A stretch of DNA of 64,000 nt from Candidatus Aenigmatarchaeota archaeon (GCA_016187395.1 JACPJV010000014.1:891-64890), one strand, 5' to 3'; positions 35,012 to 44,107 are shown, numbered from the stretch's first letter. Notes: generated by a model not told the origin, from the letters alone. Numbers and translations: made by a program.

Positions 35012-36018
35012 AACATCGAATTGAAAAATGGAAAGTTATTGACTTATATAAAGATAGGGATAAAATTCAATATCCATACTACCAGAGATCTCCTAACATA
35101 TGGAATGAAGAAAAAAGGGCTAAATTGATTGATTCTATTGTTAATGGTATACCAATACCTCTAATCTTTCTTTATGAACAAAACGGAGGCGACTCCTATG
35201 ATTGTGTAGATGGTCAGCAAAGAATACAAAGCATTATGGAATTTTTAGACGGACATTTGACTACAGAATACGGAAATATAGATAGGATTACTGAAAGAGT
35301 AAGAGTCAAAATAGAAAACTACGAATTAAGTATAGTTATTATCGAAGATGCAGATGAGGACGACTTACGAAAACTCTTTATAAGATTACAGCTAGGAGCT
35401 CCACTCAATGCTGGCGAAAAACTTAATGCAACTACTGGAGAGATGAGAGACCTTATTTTCAAAAGGTTGAAAGAACATCCCTTTATACAAAAAGTTAACA
35501 TCCCATCGAGAAGGTTTTCTAAAGAACAGGTTCTAGCACAAATTTGTATCAACTCGTTCAGTCTTGCCTTAAAGGGAACATTTCAAAGTGCAAGATTTGA
35601 AAAACTGTTGTCATTCTTCGAACAGTATGAAAAATTAGACCGATACCATCAAGAAGTTGGTACAATAGAAAGGACGCTCAATATACTAGATAAATATTTT
35701 GGTGATGATGCTAGGAGGCTTACTAACAGAGCTTTGGTTTTGACTGCATACCTCTTTATTGAGAATTTAATAAAAAATGATCCGGAGGAAAACGTACCAA
35801 TATTTGTACAGTTTTACTTACGCTTTATTGAAAAGTTAAAAGAACAGGCTAGTTTAGGACTAGATTATGACAAAAGATATAGAAAGATAGTCGACTTCTA
35901 TACCTACGTTACACAGGCTGCGTTCGAACCTTATTCCATCAGCAGGAGAGCCAAAATTATAGAAGACTTCTTTTCGTACTTTAAGCAGACGGGACGAATA
36001 ATGGAAGATGTTGCCTAG
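35008..36018 (+). CDS. DUF262 (ParB-like/GmrS-type NTPase domain) protein without DUF1524 nuclease
   Basis: YQRSPNIW and VDGQQRIQSI motifs; ATGA overlap with the SIR2 gene; no His-Me/HNH motif in the C-terminal 200 aa. Confidence 0.8.
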   Translation: MKHRIEKWKVIDLYKDRDKIQYPYYQRSPNIWNEEKRAKLIDSIVNGIPIPLIFLYEQNGGDSYDCVDGQQRIQSIMEFLDGHLTTEYGNIDRITERVRVKIENYELSIVIIEDADEDDLRKLFIRLQLGAPLNAGEKLNATTGEMRDLIFKRLKEHPFIQKVNIPSRRFSKEQVLAQICINSFSLALKGTFQSARFEKLLSFFEQYEKLDRYHQEVGTIERTLNILDKYFGDDARRLTNRALVLTAYLFIENLIKNDPEENVPIFVQFYLRFIEKLKEQASLGLDYDKRYRKIVDFYTYVTQAAFEPYSISRRAKIIEDFFSYFKQTGRIMEDVA

Positions 36019-37250
36019 TGTCCACAGTTTTTCCAAACAACCAAACTTTCCCTTGCAGGGTCTTTATTGTATTTCACGGTTTGTTGATAGCTGTTGCCTC
36101 TGTATCTTAGAACCAAGATGCTCTCTGGTTTAAGCCCTGCAAGTTCTCCTATTTGTGACAACAGCGTGTCTGTCGGTACACCAACGCCGGCGTATCTTGC
36201 GTTGCTTATAACGAATGCGATTCTGCCGCCGCGCTTTACAATTTTCTTCAGGGCTTTTAGAGTTATGAACATGTCTTCGAAAAAGCCCTCAAGCATTTCA
36301 ATTATCTTGCTATTGTTTAATTCCTTTTTTGCCATTTTTTCTAGAATTTCCTGCAGTTCCTTCGGTTTGGTGTAACCTTCCGCTTCAAATTGTTTCTTTG
36401 CTTCTACGTGAGACCTCAGAGTCTTGTATCTGACCTGTTTAATCTCTCGGTCGTTTCTATCGAACCCTATTGCCTCCTCTAGCAAATACACGCGTGTGTA
36501 GTCATGCCTGTTGGGATAAGGTGGAGAGCTGATAACTGCATCAAAGATTTCATCTGGTTGTATGTTTCGGCTGTCTCCTACAAATGCTCGTGCATTTCCT
36601 CGAAATGTAATTTCGTTGCTTCTTATATCATCCTTTACCTCAGCCAAATACTTTTTGAATATTCTAAGCACATCTCTCTTTCTGAGATTTTCTTTTTCCA
36701 CTATTCTAAGAAACCCACCGCTTTTCTTAGAATTACTGACAGGCTCAAGTGTTTTTAGGAGGCAAAGAAGGAATATAGCTCTTACCCCTGGATCGTCTAT
36801 TCTTCTTATTTTTTCTCTGAACCGTACTAGAAAATTTAGTGTTTTTTTATCAAAGACTTTATTAATTGTGCTTATGTCAAATTTTATCTTTGTTTTAATT
36901 GCATCTATTGTTTTAACACTAAAAAATCTTTCGTATTTCTTTATAGCAGCAATACGCGGTCTAAGCAATTTCGTATTTGATACGAAGACTGGAAACCTCA
37001 TTACATCGTATCCAACTGCTTCTATGCCCGACTCCGCTGCTACCAACAGGGTGGTTCCACTACCACAGAATGGATCTAGTATTCTATCACCTTCTCTTAC
37101 ACCAAGGAGGGAAATTATTTCGTTCACAAGGCTGCGAGAATATCCGTGCTTATACAAGTACCATCTGTAGAATGGCGTTTTTTTATCAACTGCGGGGGAA
37201 ACGAATTTCGAAAGGTGTTGCCTCTCCTCAATTCTGATGGCCTGCTGCAT
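36015..37250 (-). CDS. DNA methyltransferase (SPPY type), no cognate nuclease recognisable
   Basis: Motif I DPFCGSGTT, motif IV SSPPYPNRHDY; stop codon shares the CTAG at 36015-36018 with the DUF262 stop. Confidence 0.85.
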   Translation of the reverse strand: MQQAIRIEERQHLSKFVSPAVDKKTPFYRWYLYKHGYSRSLVNEIISLLGVREGDRILDPFCGSGTTLLVAAESGIEAVGYDVMRFPVFVSNTKLLRPRIAAIKKYERFFSVKTIDAIKTKIKFDISTINKVFDKKTLNFLVRFREKIRRIDDPGVRAIFLLCLLKTLEPVSNSKKSGGFLRIVEKENLRKRDVLRIFKKYLAEVKDDIRSNEITFRGNARAFVGDSRNIQPDEIFDAVISSPPYPNRHDYTRVYLLEEAIGFDRNDREIKQVRYKTLRSHVEAKKQFEAEGYTKPKELQEILEKMAKKELNNSKIIEMLEGFFEDMFITLKALKKIVKRGGRIAFVISNARYAGVGVPTDTLLSQIGELAGLKPESILVLRYRGNSYQQTVKYNKDPARESLVVWKNCGH

Positions 37251-37411
37251 AATAATCTATGGATGGCTCTACATATATTAATCCTCAGCGATTACGTTAA
37301 CTAAGGGTATGATTAAGATGGTGAAAACTTGTAACTTCTCCTCGTTGTACACAAAAATATGGTGGCTATGAAATTTCCCGCAGATTCCGAGAGCGATGCC
37401 CCTGACAGAGA

Positions 37412-38653
37412 TCACCTCCCATAAACCGCCGGGCTGCTGAATGCAAAACTGCCTGCGCAGCTTTCACTTTGCTTTTCGATTTTCAGCTCTGTCTCGCCGG
37501 TTAGCTGGACTATTATCCTGCCGCTCTGGCCCTGAGCTTCGTAGCAGTATACCTTGCCGTCTGGTTTCACTTGGTCGAAGGCGCGGTTGACTGTGCCTGC
37601 GCTACCTGCTGAAAATTCCCACTTCCCTGCGTCTGCGAACGTACCGCCTACTGAGATTACTGAGGTTGCAGGATCTTCGTTGTCCTGCACAAAGGCGAGG
37701 TGCTTGTCCCAGTCCGTGCCGATATCGGCGCGGCTGTTGCCAAAAAACCAGTTGCCTTTCAGCGTGCCTGGAACGTCCTGCATGACAACGCCGCACTGCT
37801 GGGCGTCATTGCGTTCTATAAGGTCGAAAAACTGCTTTTGCATGGCTTCGTCGTAATAATCAAAAGGGCACTGGATGTGCAATGACCTCATTCCATAGCG
37901 CGAGGGGTTTGCGAAATTGTTTGTCTTTCTGAGGTCCAGGACGCCGAAATCAAAGTTTCCCTGCAATCTTCCTACCTTTCCCATGGGCGAATTGGCTTCG
38001 ATGGGCTCCAGAGTCTGGACATTGCATCTGGTTGACTTGCTTTCGCCCTGGAACATGCATTCGTTTTCATCGATAATTTTCTGGAGGTCGGCGGAAATCT
38101 CCTTGACGTGATTGAAATAACCTACGACGTCCTTGCAGAGGGCAAAGTAGATTGTGTAATCGACGGGGTCCTGTGTTATGCCGTGGCTGAAGGATATGAG
38201 TGTTATGTGCATGTCAGCAGGTGAGTTTAGGGATATTGTCTGCGTTGTGGCACCTCCGGCAGAGATGTGGAAGAATGTGTGCTCTGTGGGGAAGGTATGG
38301 CCTGGCGGGCCAAGGTTGCCTAACGGCGTTATTTCAACTATCCTGCCAAGGTCTACGGGCGCTGCTGTGAATTGCTTTCCGTTACAATCAGAAATCTGTT
38401 CCATCTCCAGTTCTGAAGGGATTTCTGGGCTCTGCCTGAAGGAGCTTGCCGGCCTTAGAGGTTCTTCGCGGACTTCCGGCTCTGGATGCATTTCTTCTGG
38501 AGGCATTTGCTGAATTTCTTCGGCTGGTGATTGCTGCTGTTCTTCCTGTATTCCTGTATCTATTTTCACCGGATATTCTGTTACGCCCTGCGAGACGCAG
38601 CCGCTTACAAATATCACGATGGCGACAGAAAAAACCAGCGGCGCGAATTTCAT
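37412..38653 (-). CDS. secreted lipoprotein-like protein, unknown function
   Basis: Signal peptide with lipobox-like FVSGC, Glu/Pro/Gln-rich linker, Cys-rich globular part. Confidence 0.6.
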   Translation of the reverse strand: MKFAPLVFSVAIVIFVSGCVSQGVTEYPVKIDTGIQEEQQQSPAEEIQQMPPEEMHPEPEVREEPLRPASSFRQSPEIPSELEMEQISDCNGKQFTAAPVDLGRIVEITPLGNLGPPGHTFPTEHTFFHISAGGATTQTISLNSPADMHITLISFSHGITQDPVDYTIYFALCKDVVGYFNHVKEISADLQKIIDENECMFQGESKSTRCNVQTLEPIEANSPMGKVGRLQGNFDFGVLDLRKTNNFANPSRYGMRSLHIQCPFDYYDEAMQKQFFDLIERNDAQQCGVVMQDVPGTLKGNWFFGNSRADIGTDWDKHLAFVQDNEDPATSVISVGGTFADAGKWEFSAGSAGTVNRAFDQVKPDGKVYCYEAQGQSGRIIVQLTGETELKIEKQSESCAGSFAFSSPAVYGR

Positions 38654-38663
38654 GATTAAAGAT
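38641..38663. repeat. 23-nt direct repeat copy 1 (covers start codon and upstream 10 nt of the lipoprotein gene)
   Basis: GCGCGAATTTCATGATTAAAGAT identical at 41329-41351. Confidence 0.85.
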
Positions 38664-38711
38664 GTTTCTGCTGCAGATAAATGTTTTTCAGCTCATCAAC
38701 AACCCTATCGT

Positions 38712-39170
38712 CTAAGAATCGAACTTTGGTATTGAATTCCGCTTCCAATTTTCCTTCCTGCCGCCATTAATGAATCCTCTCTTATCTCTGGTTATAAAAA
38801 AGTCAGCTTTGCTTAGCACATGCTGCGCAAATATCTCAGCATCCGGGTATCTTTTTTCTATTGATTTTAACATAGACTCCTCAAAACTCAACCCTCTTCT
38901 ATCCGGATCTGAATGAATCTTCAGTACCTTTAGGACTATACTTTCAAACTCGTCTGAATTATCGGGTTCGGGCAGCATTTCTATCAAATTAAGGTCTTCC
39001 ACAATTTTCATTATCTTCTTTGTTTTCTTGCTTCCAAAGAGCCTGTTGAATTCTATTATGGTCGGATATGCTATTTGCAAAACTATTTTGTTTTGCTTTC
39101 TCAATTCTATAAGCTCACGTAAACATTCCGATTGTGGCTCGAAGCAGGAGGAATCTAAGGTAAGTAACAT
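38712..39170 (-). CDS. PIN-like domain protein (tentative)
   Basis: N-terminal LDSS and C-terminal FITRD acidic positions resemble PIN; 152 aa. Confidence 0.35.
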   Translation of the reverse strand: MLLTLDSSCFEPQSECLRELIELRKQNKIVLQIAYPTIIEFNRLFGSKKTKKIMKIVEDLNLIEMLPEPDNSDEFESIVLKVLKIHSDPDRRGLSFEESMLKSIEKRYPDAEIFAQHVLSKADFFITRDKRGFINGGRKENWKRNSIPKFDS

Positions 39171-39221
39171 ATGCTCGTAATTATTACTACGATTTAAGAA
39201 ACTTCTTAATTCATTTATCCC

Positions 39222-41303
39222 ATGGACATCTCATTCAACCCCGACGGGAGCCTGAAGCTGCCTAGAGGCGCGGCCTGGCGGAGGCAGCGCTACGGGCAGT
39301 CCAGCGGTTCCGTGGAGAAGCCCGAAAGATGCATTTCGTGCCAGAGGCCTATCAGGCACCGTGGGTACTGCCTTCAGTGCAACATCAAGAAGAAAGAGCT
39401 GCTGTCCGGAAAGGAAGAGTATGGGGAAGTTGCAGCAAAGCCAAAATCCATAGCAACATTTCCCCACCCGTCTGTGCGCCCATCCCAGCAGGAAATGATT
39501 GAAGACATCAGGAGCGCGCTGGCGAAGCGCGGGCACCTCGTTGCAGACGCGCCTACCGGGCTGGGCAAAACAATAGCCGCGCTCTATCCTGCGCTTGAAT
39601 ATGCAATCAAAAACCAGAAAACAATATTCTTCCTCACGTCGCGGCTGAGCCAGCACCGCGCTGCAATTGACACGCTGAAGCTGATGAAGCGCTTCGGCAA
39701 CAGCTTCAGCACGGTTGACATGGTAGGAAAAATGCATTTGTGCTCGCAGGATGTTGAAGGCATGCCTGGCTCCATGTTCTACAACTTCTGCGGCGCCATG
39801 GTGCAGGACAAGAAATGCGATTACTACAACAACTACAAGTCAGAAGCTCTGGCAAATGAAAGGAATTCGCTTCACGCCATAATGCGGCAGAAGGGCCCGC
39901 TGAGCTCTCAGGAAACCATGTCTATTGCGTCTGCGCGCTTCTGCACGTATGAGATGCTAATGGACGCCGCAGGCAGCGCGGACGTCATCATCGGCGATTA
40001 CTTCCACCTTTTCGGCAGGGGCGGGGCGTTCCTGAAGAGGCTGGGCAAAGAACCCGGTGACTGCATAATTATAATCGACGAGGCGCATAACCTTGCCGCG
40101 CGGCTCAGGGAATACCTGTCTTCCCGGATTTCTACATACTGGTGCGAGGCTGCTGTAAAGGAAGCCCGGGATTTCGAGGAGGATGAGGCCGCGGGATGGC
40201 TGGAGGCCGTAATAGACGCCATCCACAATCTTGCAACAAAAAGCCTGCTTGAAAAGAAGGAAATGTTCGTAGAGAAAAAATCTTTCGTGGAAGGCGTGGA
40301 GGAGGCAGGCGGCTACGATGAAATAGTAAGCGGCCTCATTTCCATAGGCAAAGTGGTTCTGGAGGAAAAGAAAGCCTCCTCCATAGACAGGGTGGCGGCT
40401 TTCCTTAACTCGTGGACAGGCGACGACCACGGCTACGCGCGCATCCTGTCCAAAGAAAGGATACGAGACAAAGACACCCTTGTTCTTCAGTATAACTGCC
40501 TTGACCCTTCGCTGATATCGGCGGAGATAATAAAGGGGTCTCACTCGACTATACTTATGTCCGGAACGCTGTCGCCGACAGAGATGCACCGCGACCTGCT
40601 GGGAATGGAAGCGGAGCGCACGACAATGAAATCCTACCCGTCCCCGTTCCCTGAAAACAACAGGAAGAATATCATCGTAACAGGCATCACGACACAGTAC
40701 AAGCAGCGCACGCCGGAAACATTTGCGCGCATCGGGGATGTCGTGGCAAAATCTGCCGGCGCAATCAGGGGAAACGCCGCGGTGTTCTTCCCAAGCTACG
40801 AGGTACTTAATCGCGTGTATGCGACTGCCAAAGATTTGATAAATAAGCACGTCATTCTTGAAAGAAGCGAAATGTCAAAAGAACAAAGAGACAAGGTCAA
40901 GGACGATATGAGGCTGCATGCAGGCAGTGGCGCCGTGCTCTTCGGCGTGATCGGCGGCAGCTTCAGCGAAGGCATCGACCTTCCGGGCGAGCTTCTGAAC
41001 GGCGTTGTGATTGTCGGGCTGCCTCTTGAAAGGCCCAGCCTTTCTGTGCAGGCGCTTGTTGACTATTACGAGCAGCGATTCCATAGGGGAAGAAACTACG
41101 GCTATGTCTATCCTGCGCTGATAAAGGCGATGCAGGCGGCTGGCCGCTGCATACGAAGCGAAAGTGACCGCGGCGTCATAGTGTTCGCTGACGAGCGCTT
41201 TCTCTGGAAGAATTACAATTCCGTTTTCCCGAAGAGCTGGAAGTTTGCGGTGGCTGAGGATCCTGAGAAAGAGATACGGGCGTTTTTTGATGCTGGGGGA
41301 TGA
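39222..41303 (+). CDS. xpd: XPD/Rad3-family 5'-3' DNA helicase with N-terminal zinc-ribbon extension
   Basis: DAPTGLGKT, DEAHNL, four Cys of the FeS domain region, C-terminal QAAGRCIRS; about 90-aa N-terminal extension with CxxC...CxxC. Confidence 0.9.
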   Translation: MDISFNPDGSLKLPRGAAWRRQRYGQSSGSVEKPERCISCQRPIRHRGYCLQCNIKKKELLSGKEEYGEVAAKPKSIATFPHPSVRPSQQEMIEDIRSALAKRGHLVADAPTGLGKTIAALYPALEYAIKNQKTIFFLTSRLSQHRAAIDTLKLMKRFGNSFSTVDMVGKMHLCSQDVEGMPGSMFYNFCGAMVQDKKCDYYNNYKSEALANERNSLHAIMRQKGPLSSQETMSIASARFCTYEMLMDAAGSADVIIGDYFHLFGRGGAFLKRLGKEPGDCIIIIDEAHNLAARLREYLSSRISTYWCEAAVKEARDFEEDEAAGWLEAVIDAIHNLATKSLLEKKEMFVEKKSFVEGVEEAGGYDEIVSGLISIGKVVLEEKKASSIDRVAAFLNSWTGDDHGYARILSKERIRDKDTLVLQYNCLDPSLISAEIIKGSHSTILMSGTLSPTEMHRDLLGMEAERTTMKSYPSPFPENNRKNIIVTGITTQYKQRTPETFARIGDVVAKSAGAIRGNAAVFFPSYEVLNRVYATAKDLINKHVILERSEMSKEQRDKVKDDMRLHAGSGAVLFGVIGGSFSEGIDLPGELLNGVVIVGLPLERPSLSVQALVDYYEQRFHRGRNYGYVYPALIKAMQAAGRCIRSESDRGVIVFADERFLWKNYNSVFPKSWKFAVAEDPEKEIRAFFDAGG

Positions 41304-41328
41304 GGAATATAAGATAAAATGTGGGGCA

Positions 41329-41351
41329 GCGCGAATTTCATGATTAAAGAT
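41329..41351. repeat. 23-nt direct repeat copy 2
   Basis: Identical to 38641-38663; degenerate similarity continues about 40 nt. Confidence 0.85.
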
Positions 41352-41453
41352 ACCTTACCGTCAGATAAAGATGTTTCGTGAATGAGCAGCTAGTTTTTAA
41401 ATTAAACACCCTATTTATGAATAAATAATCATCTTCGTTATATTGGATTTGTT

Positions 41454-42113
41454 ATGACAGTCTATGGCATTTCTGTGATTGCTTGGGATCTGGATGGAAC
41501 ACTTTATCCCTTGGACGAAACTACTAGAAAATGTGTCAATGAAAGAATTTATCAAAAAATTCATAAAGAAAAAGGTTGGTCGTTGGAAAGGTGCATAGAA
41601 GAGTTTCACTCTAGGGCAGACAGATTGCATACAGCCACTGGCGCCTTGGTGGATCTGGGATTCAGTAGAGAAACGATGCAGAAATGTATGGAAGAATCAA
41701 ATCTACCTGATGTTTTGCATTACGATGAAAAATTGGTGGAAATGTTTCGCAAATTGGAGAGTTACAGACATATTCTGGTAACTGGGAATACAAGAAGATT
41801 ATCAGTAGAAATAATAAAGCGCTTGGGTATAGAAGGAAGATTCGAACGTATGATCACTTCAGATGATGTTAGAAATGGGAAGCCGCATCCAGAATCATAT
41901 GAAAGGTTGATAGAATGTACGAGTATCCCTGCTGCCAATCATGTTTGGGTGGATGACAGACTGGATCACGTACTGGTTGCAAAGGGTTTCGGAATTAAGA
42001 CTGTTCTAGTCGGCGGAGTGCCAACTGATAAAACAGATATCTGGGTTCCGAAAGTTTATGATGTTCCTCAGAAGTTGGATGAACTTGCATCAGCTCTTGC
42101 AGCCAACGAGTAA
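41454..42113 (+). CDS. HAD-superfamily hydrolase
   Basis: Motif I WDLDGTLY, later VTGNT and VDDR blocks. Confidence 0.75.
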   Translation: MTVYGISVIAWDLDGTLYPLDETTRKCVNERIYQKIHKEKGWSLERCIEEFHSRADRLHTATGALVDLGFSRETMQKCMEESNLPDVLHYDEKLVEMFRKLESYRHILVTGNTRRLSVEIIKRLGIEGRFERMITSDDVRNGKPHPESYERLIECTSIPAANHVWVDDRLDHVLVAKGFGIKTVLVGGVPTDKTDIWVPKVYDVPQKLDELASALAANE

Positions 42114-42221
42114 TGCACCTTCCCAATTGCTTTGATAAGAATTTGCCTTTGGAGTAATTAATTACCTTTGCCTGAAGGCGATAGGTTTGTTCTCCTTATA
42201 TCAATGTTTGTGTTTCATTTT

Positions 42222-43097
42222 TCATCCCCCAGTCCTCAGCACCGCTATCCTGCCGCAGAGCTGGTTCTCAGGCTCCTGCTGGCAGATCTGGCTGCATGTG
42301 CCATAGCGGTTCTGGCAATATTGATTGCACTCTTCCAAGCCGTAGCAGAGGCCGCGGAGGGTGGGCTGATTGGCATGAGAATCATTAATCTCAAGCTGCT
42401 GGGGAAGGGCGACTGCCAGTGATATGATAACTATAACGGCTGCTCCGAGAAGTATTTTCTTTAGAGGTGTGTTGAACTGGACCTTGTATAGCATTATTGA
42501 AATAGCAGCCACGAGGGCGTAAGCAAGGCCGATGGTAAGCCTTTGAATGATCCCTACTGGAATGGGCGGCGGCCATACTGCCAGATAGTTATAGCCGAGG
42601 ATGAGTGTGATGGCGCCAACTGCAAGTATGACTGGCGCTAAAATCCTTAGTTTCTTGTTTTGCCAGGCGTCAAAGGCGAACAGAAGAAGGGCGATGGTCA
42701 AGACAGGAAACTGCCATATGACCGCCAGCTGGTGCAGGTCGTCCGGCGCGTAAATGCCGATGTCCGTATAGGTCGGCGAGATTGCGACAAGAATCATCAG
42801 GATGCCTGTTATGAAGAAGAAAATTGAGCTGAATTTACCTGCTATATGCAATTCAGGTGAGCGATAAACACCAAGGGCAAACAATGCAGTCAGAACCCCT
42901 AACAGACCGAAGCCGAAGATGTTCATTATGAGATGCACAGGGCTGTCCGATGCGCCAAGCTCGCTGATAACCATGCTTACATGATTATAGCCGGGATAGA
43001 GGGCGCCACTGACGGCTATTGCAAGGAGAAATGTGAGCGCTCCGATAAAGCCTGATAATATTATGAATCTGTCGGTTTTTTCTCTGGACTTCTTCAT
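42222..43097 (-). CDS. DUF998-like polytopic membrane protein with Cys-rich C-terminal tail
   Basis: 6-7 TM segments, ISELGA motif, C-terminal CYGLEECNQYCQNRYGTCSQIC. Confidence 0.55.
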   Translation of the reverse strand: MKKSREKTDRFIILSGFIGALTFLLAIAVSGALYPGYNHVSMVISELGASDSPVHLIMNIFGFGLLGVLTALFALGVYRSPELHIAGKFSSIFFFITGILMILVAISPTYTDIGIYAPDDLHQLAVIWQFPVLTIALLLFAFDAWQNKKLRILAPVILAVGAITLILGYNYLAVWPPPIPVGIIQRLTIGLAYALVAAISIMLYKVQFNTPLKKILLGAAVIVIISLAVALPQQLEINDSHANQPTLRGLCYGLEECNQYCQNRYGTCSQICQQEPENQLCGRIAVLRTGG

Positions 43098-43131
43098 AAG
43101 AATTTTTACATTAAGGATAAATAAAGAAAAT

Positions 43132-43278
43132 TCACTTCTTCGCCCACGCCATGGCGCCCCAGATTATCGCCAGTATTGCCCAGAGATAATTCAGCTCACC
43201 GGCTAAATTCAACGCCTGGGTTGCGGCAATCAGGATGCCTACGATGATCGCGCCAAGGCCCATGGTTTTTGAATTCAT
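43132..43278 (-). CDS. 48-aa small membrane protein
   Basis: MNSKTMGLGAIIVGILIAA...; two hydrophobic helices; below track cutoff. Confidence 0.35.
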   Translation of the reverse strand: MNSKTMGLGAIIVGILIAATQALNLAGELNYLWAILAIIWGAMAWAKK

Positions 43279-43368
43279 AAACTATCCGATGAATTACGTC
43301 CCTTAAAGATTTTTTGGCGAGGTGCGGCCAGAAAGCCAGTTAAATATAGAATTTAAATATTCAGCCTG

Positions 43369-44058
43369 ATGTTTATTTCCATGAAACATGTCATCGTGGC
43401 TCCGGTTGTGGAAAATGCAGAGGCGCTGTTCGAGGGGGTACGCGAGTTTCCGACAGAGAAGGTAGTGATGCTTGTTCCGCAGAAGAGGATGAAAAAGGCT
43501 CTGGAGGTGAAGGACGACCTTGCGAGATTCAGAATTCCATCCTCCATCATAGAGATGAAGGGGGATATATGGGAATTTACGTTCAATGCGATAGGCGAAA
43601 TAAAATCAGATGCCGGAAAGGAGGTTATGGTGAATGTGGGTGCGGGCGATTCGATTACGCGGTGCGCGGCAATCAGCGCTGCGTTTGTGAACGGGCTGAA
43701 GGCTTTTGACGTGACTAAGGACGGCATAATGATGCTGCCTGTGCTGAAGTTTTCGTACTACAGGCTGATTCCTGAGAGAAAAATGAAAATTTTGCAGATA
43801 TTGTGCAGGGAGCCTGATAATGAAAGTGACCTTGAAACTCTGAGAAAGAAAATGAATATTTCGCTGCCGCTTCTCTCCTATCATATAAACGGCAATGCCA
43901 AGAGCGAGGGACTAGTTGAGATGGGGCTTGCCGAGGTGAGCGAGAAAGGGAGGCGCGTGAGGGTTGCGCTGACGTCGATGGGACGGCTGATTATACGGGG
44001 CAAAGTACCGGTAGAAGAGCCGCCAAAGAAAAGGCGGTTTGATTTTGCTTTACATTAA
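43369..44058 (+). CDS. second Csa3-like protein (Rossmann-like N-domain + wHTH)
   Basis: VNVGAGDSITRCAAISAAFV loop and C-terminal ILCREPDNESDLETLRKKMNISLPLLSYHINGN...wHTH; same layout as 33206..33799. Confidence 0.45.
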   Translation: MFISMKHVIVAPVVENAEALFEGVREFPTEKVVMLVPQKRMKKALEVKDDLARFRIPSSIIEMKGDIWEFTFNAIGEIKSDAGKEVMVNVGAGDSITRCAAISAAFVNGLKAFDVTKDGIMMLPVLKFSYYRLIPERKMKILQILCREPDNESDLETLRKKMNISLPLLSYHINGNAKSEGLVEMGLAEVSEKGRRVRVALTSMGRLIIRGKVPVEEPPKKRRFDFALH

Positions 44059-44107
44059 GGATGAGATACTTATTCTAAACCTCTCTGTTGATATTGGGGT
44101 GAGAAAT

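Noticed and set aside
27822-37411. Integrated plasmid or virus carrying the Orc1-like gene, iterons and defense island
   Set aside because: No integrase, transposase, capsid or conjugation genes, and no flanking att-like direct repeats were found. The compositional shift is reported as a finding, but a mobile-element call is not supported.
39957-40850. Long antisense ORFs inside well-supported genes. These are 39957..40850 in xpd, 17991..19073 in alaS, 48186..49154 in the RibD_C-like gene, 55630..56532 in dnaG, 49776..50600 opposite DUF3179, 8074..8757 opposite ftsZ and 14031..14621 opposite P0.
   Set aside because: They are shadow frames of genes with clear family signatures. Their translations are low-complexity (Ser/Arg/Pro-rich) and show no motifs.
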